From NCBI GenBank assembly GCA_029953675.1, contig JAMWBK010000010.1:744001-808000 (forward strand): a DNA stretch of 64,000 bases, given 5' to 3'. Under the pieces are notes generated by a model. It worked only from the letters and a program-made list of their open reading frames with translations. It made no database searches and was not told where the DNA came from. Positions 25,939-38,660 of the stretch are shown here, piece by piece. The translations under genes and the position numbers were made by a program. How positions within the stretch are numbered: the first letter of the stretch is position 1; every line of letters starts with the position of its first letter. Source of the stretch: Rhodosorus marinus CCMP1338 (taxonomy: Eukaryota > Plantae > Rhodophyta).

Positions 25939-27264
25939 CTACTCGCCCATGCCACGTCCCGCGAGAAAGCCAGTGGTCCACGCTCCTTGAAGGTTGAACC
26001 CTCCAGTAATGCCATCGTAGTCACAGATTTCTCCAGCAAAAAACAAGCCGGGAACAATCTTGCTTTGCATTGTACGCATGTCAATTTCCTTTAAAGGTAT
26101 GCCACCGCTCGTAACGAACTCTTCCTTGAACGCGCCTTTTCCTTCTACCGAAAATCTACACTCGTGAACTTCTTTCGCGAGCTTTCGCATTCCGTCGTTC
26201 TTGAGTTCCGCCCACGGACATTTCTCGTTCACTTCCGCCCTTCGGAGAAGCAACCTCCACAACCTAGCAGGAATGGCGCGGTACGGTGAAGCGCTCCCAA
26301 CCAACCGCTTCTGACCTCTTTGTCTTCGAAGGTCTTCAAACAGATCCAGAGTCTTCGCTTTACTCGTTTCCGGATACCAATCTATGTTCAGCCCCACCTG
26401 GTATCCGAGCTCCTTCAAGATTCTTGCCCCGAACGCGCTCAGTCGAAGTATCGCGGGACCTGAGAAGCCCCAGTGCGTAATGAGAGTCGGGCCTCTCTGC
26501 AGAAGTCCAGAATCTTGCCTCCGACGTCCAGTCCCTTTCGGTAAAACCAAATTCACCACCGTGTTCCCGACACTGACGCCTGCGAGCTCGTGAAGTTCTT
26601 TATCCTTAATCTTGAAAGTGAACAGGCTCGGAATGGGGGAAATAATGCTATGTCCCAACTGCTCCGCCCAGCGATAGCCCAGTTTGGAGGATCCAGTCGC
26701 AATGAGGACCTTGTCACAGTTCTCTGTAACCGGCGTTCCAGCTGCGCTTTTGAACACCACGCTGAATGGATTCTTGCCATTCCCAGTGGAGATATCTGTT
26801 ACTTTCGTTGATGCCGTCATCTGGACCCCGGATTCTCTGGCTGCTCGAACCAGAGCGTCCACGATCGTTGAGGAATCATCAGTAACTGGAAACATTCTTC
26901 CATCTTCTTCAGTCTTCAACTCGACGCCGCGGTTCTTGAACCATTCCACAGTATCGGCAGCATCAAATCCAGAAAAGGGTCCCCTCAGCTCCCTCCTGCC
27001 TCTTGGATATCCTCCTGACAGTGTCTCATGATTGAATGCAGCATGAGTCGTATTGCACCTTCCTCCACCGCTAATCCTTACCTTGTCCAAAAACTCCTTT
27101 CCGCCCTCCACGATTTTCACCCTCGCCTTCCCCCGCGCGGCACATTCTATCGCCGCGAAGAAACCAGCGGCCCCTCCACCCACGACGATCACCTTGTTCT
27201 CCGCAGAAATTCGGGATCTTATCCTCTTCGGATCCCAAACATTCAGTACAAAGGATACCATCAT
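25939..27264 (-). CDS. HI0933/YhiN (BaiN-like) NAD(P)/FAD-dependent oxidoreductase, probably plastid-targeted
   Basis: Intronless 441 aa; VVGGGAAG, KVRISGGGRCNTT, TEEDGRMFP, TLITHWGFSGPAIL, VTSGGI, GLFFAGEICDYDGITGGFNLQGAWTTG. Confidence 0.93.
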   Translation of the reverse strand: MMVSFVLNVWDPKRIRSRISAENKVIVVGGGAAGFFAAIECAARGKARVKIVEGGKEFLDKVRISGGGRCNTTHAAFNHETLSGGYPRGRRELRGPFSGFDAADTVEWFKNRGVELKTEEDGRMFPVTDDSSTIVDALVRAARESGVQMTASTKVTDISTGNGKNPFSVVFKSAAGTPVTENCDKVLIATGSSKLGYRWAEQLGHSIISPIPSLFTFKIKDKELHELAGVSVGNTVVNLVLPKGTGRRRQDSGLLQRGPTLITHWGFSGPAILRLSAFGARILKELGYQVGLNIDWYPETSKAKTLDLFEDLRRQRGQKRLVGSASPYRAIPARLWRLLLRRAEVNEKCPWAELKNDGMRKLAKEVHECRFSVEGKGAFKEEFVTSGGIPLKEIDMRTMQSKIVPGLFFAGEICDYDGITGGFNLQGAWTTGFLAGRGMGE

Positions 27265-27313
27265 CTGCTAACCCATGCCTAGTGAACACCCAAGAGCGGC
27301 CACCGTTCCGACT

Positions 27314-27364
27314 TTCTGCCCCATCCCCACTTCTGCCCCATCCCCACTTCTGCCTCATCCCCAT
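27314..27364. repeat. 17-bp minisatellite, 3 copies (TTCTGCCCCATCCCCAC)
   Basis: Units 27314-27330, 27331-27347 and 27348-27364 (third has two changes); about 50 bp upstream of the HI0933 start. Confidence 0.9.
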
Positions 27365-29225
27365 AGACGTCGTTCAGCTGGGGTTTCTTCTGATTTAGGA
27401 CCTGCGCCCGATAGAATACTGGGTCTGATTTCCATAATATTTAGAGCATTTTCTGCTGATTATGAAAATACTGGACCTGAACTAAAAAATAAACGTTCTA
27501 AAAACACTGGCTCGTTCTTTATCTGTGCGATATTCAATCAACAAAAACGCTATTGATTAGATCGCAATCATTCACATAGCTTTGGTTTGAGTGCTCAAAC
27601 AAGTTCACGACAGAGGCTATCCAATATGAGCTAGCCAGGCGTGGAACGCGCATGGGGGTCAAGACTCAATTCTAACTTCTGCAGAGACAAGACTCCACGA
27701 GTATCGCAGGCTTGTATACCCTGACGAAATGGAAAGAAGGTCTCTGCTGGAATCTGGTTAGAAGCACGAACTTCCAGTTGCATCAATTCTTTTTTTTCCC
27801 GGATCGCCAGCTTTGGAGAGCAGCTCTGGGGCTTGCCACGCTGTTGGTGCTTGGTTGAATGCCTGGGAATGGTAGGAGAACCCAGCATCGATGTGGTGGC
27901 ATGAGGCCTGCTCATGGAGTTGAGAGTAGCTACCGCTGTGGTTCGGGAATATTCCATAAGAGAACCCCCGGGTCACAAGCTCTGACTGAGATGATAGTGT
28001 GTACGAACGCATGGCTGTTTCTGGTTGTAACCTGCCATGGTTCTTGCGTAGATACATCTGAAATGGTCATGAGTGATTCCCTGGTTGCCAAGGATCCCGG
28101 AACCGGACTTCACCTATAGCTCAGGTAGTGCAGGTAATTGATTGAACGAAAGTATTTTGATTGATAACAATCCAGCCTTGTACGAACAATCATGTTCGTA
28201 CAGGGTCCTGGGAACTACTATTGAGTACAATGCACTCGATCCTTTCTGTTTGCTGGTACTTATTTTGCACTATCTCCGTTGACTTGTGATCGGCAGACAT
28301 CCCAACCCCATCCCCGGGGGCGTATCTTTCGACTTAGTAAAAAACTTTTCTAAAACTAGCTCAATTAGTCTAAATCAGGAATGATCTGAGCGGCAGTCCA
28401 TTTGACATACTCGGCCTATAAACTCTATGTAAATATCTATGTTATTCAATATCGGAACGCATGTTGGCGTGCTTCAGTGGTCGAGCCTTTCCGGGGATTT
28501 TTACGGAAACGGTGATGAAATTGTTGGAGAATGTGATTCGGGCTTTCCCATCTATTTTGTTCCGCCATACGTTAAAATCGGTATTCATGAGTTTTGAAAA
28601 GTTAACTACACCCACCCACCCACCCCATAAGAAAAAACACTTAGGACCAAAAAACGAATTTCCAAAAAATTGCAACGATCGAGCCAGGCTCAGAGACTTA
28701 CGACAAATCCTAGTCACAATTTTGAAAAAAACCAAAAAAACCATCCCCACGACGAATAACAACAAGAAATGCCTCTCATTCAAAGAACATCCTCCCACCC
28801 CCTAAACACTAAACCTCCCAAAGTCAAAAAGCGTCTATTCAAGGGGTATCCCAAGCACCAACAGAAATCTACGCCTTTTCGTAACCCCGATTCTAAAGTG
28901 AAAAGGCAATGAAGCTATCCCCCCCCCCAAAAAAACACGAGATAAATCCTAGAAGACAGCCTGTCGTACTTCATTTTTTCATTTGTGTATTAAATCTATA
29001 TGGTTCCCTATCTCCGATTTTTTTTGATCAGCCTTTTCCTCTTCAAACCATATCGATGCTAAACAGAGGAGGGGGTCTTGCTTAGGGGTCTTTCCTTATT
29101 GGGCGAAACGGTTTACAAAGAGATTTCGTGACCCTTTTTTTGAGTAGGACTTTAAACGGTTTCTTAAAATTTGAGAGGGAGTTTGGAGAGGGTGAGAAGT
29201 GAAGGAGAAGGGGGAGGGGGGATTG

Positions 29226-29227
<2 letters not shown>

Positions 29228-29295
<68 letters not shown>
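29228..29295. repeat. (GA)n microsatellite, about 34 units
   Basis: Direct reading; lies in the G-rich region upstream of the septin. Confidence 0.97.
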
Positions 29296-29298
<3 letters not shown>

Positions 29299-29926
29299 GG
29301 TTCGTTGAAATCGAATTTTTTTGGTGGGGGTTCGTTTGGATTGAGGTGGTAAAAAGAACAAAAATTACTGGTATTGAAAAGGTCTGAGTGGATTGGGGCT
29401 GGTGGGCCATGGGATTACAGAGTTGAGATCTTTGGAAAGGCGGTTTTTGGGTGGGGGTTGTGTTGGTATGTGAGACTGTTTGTTTGTTTTGGTTTTAGGT
29501 TTTTTGCGGGGAGGAGCGGGTGGGGGTGGGGGTGGCTGGTTAGGGTTTTGGGTGATTGTGGATTGGATGGTTTTTGTCTGGGTTTGTTTGGGAGGGAGTA
29601 AGTTGTAGGTTTGGGGTTTGCAGGTTTGGGGGTAGGTAGATACAAAATAGAAGAAGTAAGGAGGACGATTTAACGAAGAACAGGACGGCGTCTTTTTATT
29701 TTCAAAAGGGGGACTGTTTCGGGGGAAGAGGTATGTCCGCGGGTGGCGAGGTGAGGTGGTGTTTTTCTTTTTTCTCTCTGCTTGCGATTGCTCACGGCGG
29801 ATTTGGCTGGCTTGCCGTTCCATCGTTTAGTTAGGCGGGATGTTCTATCCTCTATTCGCCACTTTCGCTGATTTCTGGTTTTGGTTCTTTTTTCGCTCCC
29901 CCCTTTTTTTTTCTTGGAAGAACGGA

Positions 29927-31132
29927 ATGGCTGGTTCAACTGCAATTGTAGCTGCTTCAGCATCCAAGTACCCTGAGCTGAGTGGTGTACGGGATGGACT
30001 CCTCAATCAACGCCTGGCTGAGCTCAACCGTAAGGGTGAGAGTATTTCAGTTATGGTGGTGGGTGATTGCGGGCTTGGGAAGTCCACGCTTCTCTCCAAC
30101 CTGTTCGCAAAGCGCACATCCTACGAGCATAAAATGGAACCAACTAAGCGCGGAATCAGGGACTCTGTGGAGACTTTGGAAATTGAAGGGGTTCCTTTCA
30201 AAGTGAGGTTGATAGACACACCGGGATACGGTGACTATCCCAACCTGAACAAACATTTCAAGTCGATCACCAAATACCTGGACCAAGAAATGGTTGAAAT
30301 GTACAAAAGAGAAAAATCCCCCACTGTACTTTCTGCCTTCAGCTGGGTCATCGAGGGTATCGACGTTCTCCTCTATTTCATATCTCCCCATCGATTGAAG
30401 CAGGTGAGTCCAACCTCGTGCCTTCTAAAACCGAGCACGGTTTTGCATGATTCCTACTGTGCTAGCCTTCTAATATGCCCGAAATTCGCCGTAGGTCGAT
30501 ATCGATCTTCTAAAGAAGCTCTCCGGCAAGGTGACAATCATTCCGGTCCTCGCAAAAGCTGATACCATGACTCCGAAGGAGTGTCAGGACTTCAAGAGAG
30601 CGGTAATGGACGCAATCGATAGGGAGTCCATTAAAATATTCCACGAGCCCTTTGCTGTGATCTCCTCGGAGAACAGCCATGACAGTACTAGTATGCCCTT
30701 GCTCCGTCGCCAGTGTGGAATTCTTTCGCCTTTCTGATCCTGGGCAAACGCTAATGCTGTCTTGATTTTCTTCTCAATGCTACAGCTTCTCGGTCTTCCG
30801 GAAGAACCTACCCCTGGGGAACTGCTGAATCTGAGAACGAAGAGTTTTCGGACCTGCCAGCACTTCGCCGATGCCTAGTGTACGATGGACTCACGGGCTT
30901 GCACTCAGAGAAGGTGAAGATTTACGAGGAGTACCGAAAAAAGCAATTGAGAGGCCTTCGACCCTTACGCAGAATGCTCAGGCTTGCCGTGAGGACAGCG
31001 ATTCAGGTCGGAGTAGTTGCACTCATCTTCCCATATGCCAAGGAGGCTTTTGTTGAGTGGCGGGACAATGAGGAAGAGGAGAGGAACACAAAGCAGAATG
31101 ATAGATACAGGAGGTCGAGGTGGAATAGCTAG
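29927..31132 (+). CDS. Septin GTPase with C-terminal hydrophobic segment
   Basis: G1 GDCGLGKST, G3 IDTPGYGD, LLYFISPHRLKQVDI, G4 IPVLAKAD, GRTYPWG; 3 exons spliced in frame; tail ...AVRTAIQVGVVALIFPYA... Confidence 0.93.
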
Positions 31133-31390
31133 TGAACACGGAGGTGGATTGAGAAAGAAACAAGCCAGCTTATCCGCATCAGGTGGCTGGCGTTTCTCGG
31201 TTTTTTGGGTCTTGAATTTGACTTGCTTTTTGGTCTTGCGCTTTCCGGATGACATGTTCTCCTTACGGGGCGTGGTTACATCGATGGGCGCATGGGTATT
31301 CTGCTTTGTGTGATTTTCTAGTACACAAGAAGTTAAAACCAAAAAGATTTGCTAGAGCTAGAGAAGGATAGAATTTGGTCTCCCTCCGGT

Positions 31391-32660
31391 TCAAGCTGCG
31401 ACAAGGTCGAATACTGCCTCGACGCATCTCCACTTGTTCGGTAAATAGTACTTCTCGTGCACGAGTGGGAACGGCGTGTCGAATCCGCAGATGCGTCGAA
31501 CTGGGGCTTCCAGGTTATAGAAGCAGTGCTCCTGAAGATCATACCAACGATTTAGGTTGTTAGGTGGTCACGGAAACGAAACCTGTCAAACGGCATTCTC
31601 GTACCTGAATTGTGGCGGCTACTTCAGCACCGAATCCATTAGTTATCGGTGCCTCATGGCTTACGATGGCTTTTCCAGTTCGCTTCACTGATTCCACGAC
31701 AGTTTCAGCGTCCCAAGGTAACAGGGAAACCAAATCGATAACTTCGCAGGAAACCCCTTTTGCCTCAGCGAGTTGAGCTGTCTCCATCAGGACGTTGACC
31801 TGTGCTCCCCAGCCGATCAGAGTTACATCCTTTCCCGGTCGTACAACCTCTGCTGTTTCCAGGGGGATCTGTGAAGTCATCAAATCGCTCGTAGAGTAAG
31901 TCTTCTTGTTGGACGACACTGTAGGTTTTAGAAAGGACTGTATTACCGTGTAGTCCTCAACTGGAACTTCTGCGACCACCGAGCGATAGAGTATCTTCGG
32001 TTCGAAAAATATGACTGGGTTGGGGTCCCGTATTGAGGACAGCAGGAGGCCCTTGGCCCGAATTGGATCACGCGGCATTACAACCTTCAGCCCAGGGGTA
32101 TGACAGAAGTAGGCCTCTGGGGATTGAGAATGATAGTGTCCGCCGTGGCCTACTGCTCCGCACGGAGCTCGTATTGTCAATCCTCCGACGTTGAACATTC
32201 CGCCTGATCGATATCGGTATTTGGCAGCCTCGTTCACAATCTGGTCGAAGGCGGGGTAAATATAGTCCGCAAACTGAATCTCTGCGACTGCTGTACAGTT
32301 CATAGCTGCGTATCCAATAGCAAAACCAACAATTCCTTGCTCCGAAAGTGGAGTATTGAACACTCGGTTGCGACCGAACTGCTCTCGGAGCTCTGACGTA
32401 CACCTACTCGTTCGCGCGCATGGCAGGGTCAGTAGGTGCGCACGACTGCAGGAAATTGGCTTGCTCAATGACAGGCATAGAGCTCACCTGAACACTCCAC
32501 CGAATGCAACGTCCTCTCCGAATACGATTGACGAGTCATCCTTCTTCAAAGTAATTCTAAGAGCATCGTTGACGGCCGCGCACAAGTTCATACGCTTCGT
32601 TGCCGTAACGGCCTCCGGCACGGAGCTCAGTTTTCTGAGAAATTGCAAGCTCTTCCCCAT
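31391..32660 (-). CDS. BCKDHB: Branched-chain 2-oxoacid dehydrogenase E1 beta subunit, mitochondrial
   Basis: [72 protein letters not shown], last exon [16 protein letters not shown]. Confidence 0.96.
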
Positions 32661-33259
32661 CGTCACGCATTATACAATATTTCTCGCGAGCTCGTCCTCT
32701 GCGAGCATACCGTCGTCTCTTCTTTCCCAGCATATTGTTATCCCAATCAAGACAACTGCCAACGTATGTAATGCGGAACCGGGTTGGCCTCCAACCGACT
32801 ATGGCATGGAAGCATCGGATTTTCAGATTTCGGTGCTCAACTAGTGCGAACTGCGGTGCAATACGGACGGTGAAGCTTCTTTGAGTTCTCAGCTAAGCTA
32901 TTCATGTTGGAGCCTTGCGCTTCGCGCAGAGGACCTGCGGTTCGACCCTCCAGTCATTGGGCAAACTACTTCACCATGGAAGAACTCATTTTTCCACGTG
33001 TTTTCCAACAACGTCCTCGTGAGGAATGTAAACATTCCGAACTGGAAGGCGACTTGCACAAGTACTAGGGGTAGGGGCTGACTACCTAGTCGACAAACTG
33101 AAATCTTCAATTCAGTTGGGATCTGTTCCGACGTAGACTCGGAAAAGACATGCCATGTCATGTCAACTTCAACGAGACAAATCTCTACTCAAGCCGGGAA
33201 AAAAAAGCATATACTGACAGGTGTTATTCTTCAATTAGCTAATTTTACACGGAAAATAA

Positions 33260-33547
33260 CTAGTACATACTAAGTACCGAAATAATTCCCCAATATTTAA
33301 ATATCGTGATACTTGGAAATCTCATCGGACACGCGTAAGCTTTTATTAGTTTAACGGAGCACGAGAGAATTTCAAGTCTAAATTTTTGGATTCTTATCAG
33401 TTGCTGCATCTAGTACATCCTACTAAGCGGTAAATAATTATCCAATATTTAAATACACAAATACTAGGAAATTTTTGAGGACACGCGTAGTTGTTTTATT
33501 AGTTTATAAGAACGGGTAGAATTTCAATTCTAATTTTTTGGATTCTT
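33260..33547. repeat. Two diverged direct copies of a ~150-bp AT-rich unit
   Basis: Copy 1 33260-33395, copy 2 33410-33547; shared blocks CTAGTACAT, CCAATATTTAAATA, GGACACGCGTA, TTTTATTAGTTTA, AGAATTTCAA, TTTTTGGATTCTT in the same order. Confidence 0.85.
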
Positions 33548-35518
33548 GGCGGAGAGGCAAGATAATCCATGTTTTTATCACAATACAAATGTTATGGTAC
33601 TTTTTTTTGCTTCGACATCGCAATTGTCCTTGTTTTCCAATCAAATCAATTTGTAGGCGGATTTGTGGGTAATAAGTACACTCTGCATGCATTCGAAAGG
33701 ACAAATACGCCAATGGTTGGGGAGGTCCGTTGAAATGCAAGTAGCTGATTGAATGGCCCAGAATAGTTGAATTTTGGTTCAAATGCATTTGAAAACTGGT
33801 TTTCGTGGCTGTATGTTTTCAAGAAGCCAAATTTTGGGACAGGGACATGGTTTAGAGCATGGGTGTGTTGATACTTCATTTCCAAGTATGCGTAGCTGGC
33901 TGGCATGCGACTGATGGGTTGATGCATGATACCATGATTCCTGGAGCCCAGCTTCGGACTATGATGGGTCGGTGCTCGATGAACTTCAGACATGGACGCA
34001 ACCAAAGGGGAATCGTATTTCATTTTTTGCGGCGACGTGAGCCGACGTTTGGACCTCAAGAATAGAGTTCTCGAGTACGCTGTCGGCTTGACTGACAATC
34101 ATAGAAGAATGTACTGTGAGGCATGTGAACAGCAAAACGCTCCCACTTGTGAGCCTATCGCGAGCACGTGGTGTTCAGCTTGTGAATTTCTTCAGCACAG
34201 GGCCGATCATTGGAGGTAGTGGTCAAGTGGAACTCATAGGGTTACATAGTGCCTAATTCACAACTTATTTGTACAGATGAGACCAGCTATGTTCCAGAAA
34301 TCCTCTGTTCTCAAATCGGCACCTGCTGAGACAAGTCAATGTCATGCTGGAAAGGGGCTTAGAAGCGGGTTGCGCGACTGTTGAAGTAGTTTCCAGGAAA
34401 TACTATGCTGTACAGTAATAGATAACGTACGAGATTCTCAGAATGTACCTTGTGACCATCGCACGTGGTTTGGGTGCGTGCAGTAGAACTCGTGTCCACC
34501 TCGCGACCCGAAATTGATTTGGGCTAGGTTCTCTAAGAGATGTTCGAAAATATGCCCAGGAACTCGAATACGTGACTCATAAAATTGGCAGCGACAGCGT
34601 TGTGCGGACTGTTACAATATTAAATCCAAAATTTCCGTTGTGAAAGGCTCTGCATAGCGGTGCTTTCAGTCAGGCATCAGTTAAACGCGGGTAGGATCCC
34701 AAAGCGGTGAATGGATTCATGTCATATGACGCTTGCAACTACCTCGTCGAAATAACTTTTTTACTAAATAATTGTTCGTCATCCGTACATCTACATTATC
34801 AAAATATTTAGATACAATGTACTTCTTGAAAATCAAAACTAAAACCAAAGTAAATACCCTTTCGACACAGTAATTGGTAGAACCTTCCTAGTCCAATCCG
34901 AATCGTATCTGCTCAATAAAATTAATAGATAAATTCAATACCCTAAAGCGCTCTATTCAGCCAGCATTCTGCTATTCACCTGAAGCTCACTTTTTTAATC
35001 CATAATAGCCAAGAATGAGAGAAATAGATCCGTAAACAAACATTGTGATGTCGTCGCGATGATATATATGAAATATCGCGGACCAAAATATCCTATAAAA
35101 AAATTTAATTTAAGGAGCTTCGACGGGCGGGGGGAGATCTGCCGGCTTTTGTTTTTAATATTTTTTCCCGAAAGTGGTGACAGCCGCCAGTGGCACCTCA
35201 GCGAGATTTCCCACGAACGGTACGAGCACAGGATAAATATGTTTCTGAAAAGTTTTTAGATAGATACTATGTTGTACTATTGTACTAGAAGATTCAGGCT
35301 GGTGAGTAGAGGGGTGAGTAGACGCTGTTCAGGAGCGCATTGGGGTTAGGGACGTAGAGATTGGGTTGTGGGCGAGGTTGGTTTGGCCTACGTCGACTGA
35401 TCTGATCTGTTTTTGTGAGGAGAGTGGTGCACGAGTTTGTTTTTCCGGGAGGCACTTGAGCTCAGTCTCGGCTTTTCCGTTTTTATTGTTTCTTTAGCGT
35501 AAGTGTTTGGGCCGTGTG

Positions 35519-36605
35519 ATGGAGGCGTTTGTTGGTGGTGGTGTTCTTCCCACGCATCGGCCTGGATCGAGGACTGTTGTCTCGAGAACGGGTCGAGCGA
35601 ATGTGAGATTTTCTAGGGCTGTTAAAATGTGCGTTGAGGCGGACGCATCTTCGCCAGTTGCTGCGAGTGCCACGGAAGGAGTTACCGACTTGTACCAAGC
35701 TTTCTGGGACCATGCGGATGAGGTCATGAAATCAAAACTGCCCGACCTCGAGGACTATCCAATCCCTGAGGATTACCTGCACAAGGAGGAGATTACAGGA
35801 AAGGGGAAGAAAATGCAAAAAGTACGCACTAGATCGTTTGGTTATCGCACTCCGAAGTTGCGACAGATTAGGGCTGCCCATGTGCAAGGAGGACAGTCCT
35901 TGCAAGTTTTGAATTTCGTTATTTTTCCTGAACTGAAATACCGGGTGCCGTTCTTTGGGGCCGATTTGGTAAGCTTGAAAAGGGCCAGCTAGTCCCTCAT
36001 GTTCTTTTCTAACTCAGTTCTATGCGATTGCCTGTGCAGGTGACGCTTCCTGGAGGTCATCTCATTGCGCTCGACATGCAACCCCTTTTCCACGACGATC
36101 AGTACAAGGAAGAGTTTTACAGTGGTTTGAAGCCCATATTCGACAAATACGCGGAGCAGCTTCCCTGGGGTGGCGACTTTCCGGAGGAAGCAAAGCAGTT
36201 CTTCTCGCCATGCTTTTTGTGGACGCGCCCTGCTGAAAATGAGAAGGTCCAGAATGAGGTATTCGATGCGTTTAAGGAATACCTTGATACCTATCTTTCC
36301 ATTGTAGACGAAGCGCCGGAAATTACGGATCCGGAGGAACTAGCTCGTATCGAGAAGAGCCAGAAGGCATATCTGGCTTATCGTGCGGAGAAAGATCCCG
36401 CACGAGGAATGTTTCAGAGGTTCTATGGCCCTGAGTGGACCGAGGAGTACATTCACGGTGAGCGTTGCCCAACTCTCTGGAATCGATCATCAAGTCCTTG
36501 TCTACTTATCTGAATCACCGTGCTCTGCGACTAGGATTTCTGTTCGACCTGGAGGCAAAGATCGAAGACGGCAGCTATGTTCTTCCGCTCGAGAGAACGA
36601 ACTAG
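35519..36605 (+). CDS. pebB: Phycoerythrobilin:ferredoxin oxidoreductase, nuclear-encoded, with plastid transit peptide
   Basis: [96 protein letters not shown]; N-terminus MEAFVGG. Confidence 0.95.
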
Positions 36606-38629
36606 CCTCCTCTCAAGGGGAGCACTGTACCATGGCAATGAAACAATCGAAGGGCAAGCACACTCCAGCTAGTTTCCGTGGTGCTTGAGGGCAGTTAGGG
36701 ACTGATGAACCCATGCCTACGCAGACGGGTCCGGGAGTGTCCTCGTAGTTTTACTAAAAAGGTTTACTACTGAAGATTTCCAGAATTACTCTCACGCAAG
36801 ACTGGATTGGCAAGATGCCGACGTGCAAGGCTGAGTTGACACGAATAAATGATGATGGTGATTAGTGGGAGAAACTGTCAACCTGGCGCTAGAACAAGTA
36901 CGATGCTCGTGGATTCGCGCCAATGGTCCACAACAGGATGACGAAGAGCTTCATCCCCCCGACCACCTATGCCAGTCTCGTGCCCTCGAAGGGCAGCGCA
37001 TTTTTGTTTTTTTTTTGGCAATTGACTCTTGAAATGAAATCGGATACAACACCAGCCAAGCCAGGGTTTTTGCGGGCGCTGCAACATAGGTGCGAGAGCC
37101 GACCCTCCGGTATTGTGGGAAACCGATGGCGATCGAAATTCATTGTACCCAAGCACGTTGGCTTGTTCCATATTAGAACTAATGGATCGTGTTCCACCAG
37201 CCAGGACATCCTCCCTTTTCGCACCCCTGAGAGAGGCGCGTCAGCATGTCTTTGTTCACAGCCACGAGCTGTCACGCAACTTTGTCCAGATGTGTCTGCA
37301 TCTGGTAAGCACATCCGGGCGAAGACAGAACCGGACTCCTCCTCAACCAGGAACGCCCTTGGCGACGAAATCCCGCATCTGGATCCTTCCGTGTCGATCA
37401 CCAACCTCCCAAGGGAAGCTCCTGACCAATGTACTAACCAGTACGTGATTCGGCGCATCGGGTAATCGCCAAAGCTCGGGGGGAGAATCATTGATTTTTC
37501 AATCGAAAACGACAGTATTTTTAGTTTCTTATTTCGAAGTATGTTTCTCTTCGGAGGCTACTAAATCCCCCCTTGGTGAAACACCTAATCATACTTCGTA
37601 TTGGCAAACTGGAAGTAGAAAAACAGTAGTAGCTAGTAGTTACTAGTACCAACTCACCCACTTCAATTTGCAAGTGGAATTAGATTTATATCTCAAACGT
37701 TGTTCCCCCGTCGAAGTTTTAAAGCATTGTTCCCCTTGTTTTTGGAGCTTATAAATAAAACATAAGATTCATAACGCTTCTGGTCGTAAGTTAAGTAAAA
37801 ATGGCGTATATCTGCGTAAATCCGTTGGATACAAAAGAAACTAAGGATTTTCTTTACGAGAGATATATTTCGAGCGAGTTAATTGGTAGATTATATATTG
37901 TTTATTTTTTAAATTTTGGTACAAGAGAAACGAAAGGGTGTGAATGAGTTCAAAAACAAGGGCTCCACGTGCATAGCCAACGTCAGGCCACCCCCTTCCC
38001 CCTCCCCCCTTGGCCCCCCCTAAATCCCAAATTCTACGAAATGCAGTCTTAACGCTACTCTTTCAAGGCATCCAAATAATGTACCGGCTACAATACAAAA
38101 AATTGAATTGTATTAATAATATCTTATATATATATATATAGCAACCTTCACCATACATTTTCGTTCACAGAGGGGGGTGGGTGACTTCATATTGTTCAAC
38201 AAATTCGAACGATTTATATCCATAAAACGAGGATAGTACACATGCCTTGGACAAGCTGTCGACAAGAAAAATCGAATCAGAGTAATAATAGAGTATACAA
38301 AAAGCCCGTCCCGGGGTATTCTTCGTTGGCAGGGACCGGGGGAGGGGGGGGTGATAGTATATGGTAGTCACCCTATCGCTCGAATTATATCCATTAAACG
38401 AGAATACTACGCTTCCTTAAAAAGGACGAGCTGTCCTAATTGTTTTTCTGGATACTAAGAAACCGGTGGAAGTTATTGAAAAGTTTCTCCACCAGCGGAT
38501 TTGATAGCCTTGGATTATGAGCGATTTCATATGATTTCTTGTTGTTTCAAGAGAGGGGGGGGGGTGGTGGTGGGTGGGCGAAAAAGTTTGATATCTGATG
38601 GGAAGAAAGGGGGTATGATTATTTTTAAT

Positions 38630-38660
<31 letters not shown>
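38630..38660. repeat. (TTG)n microsatellite, about 10 units
   Basis: Direct reading. Confidence 0.9.

Noticed and set aside
29096-29823. ORFs with SLSLSL/ERERER or K/P/Q/T-rich translations
   Set aside because: Artefacts of the (GA)n tract and G/T-skewed leader upstream of the septin.
32890-32960. tRNA-like GGTTCGA motif with an upstream small hairpin
   Set aside because: T-stem does not pair, the anticodon loop lacks the conserved purine, and there is no acceptor stem or A-box.
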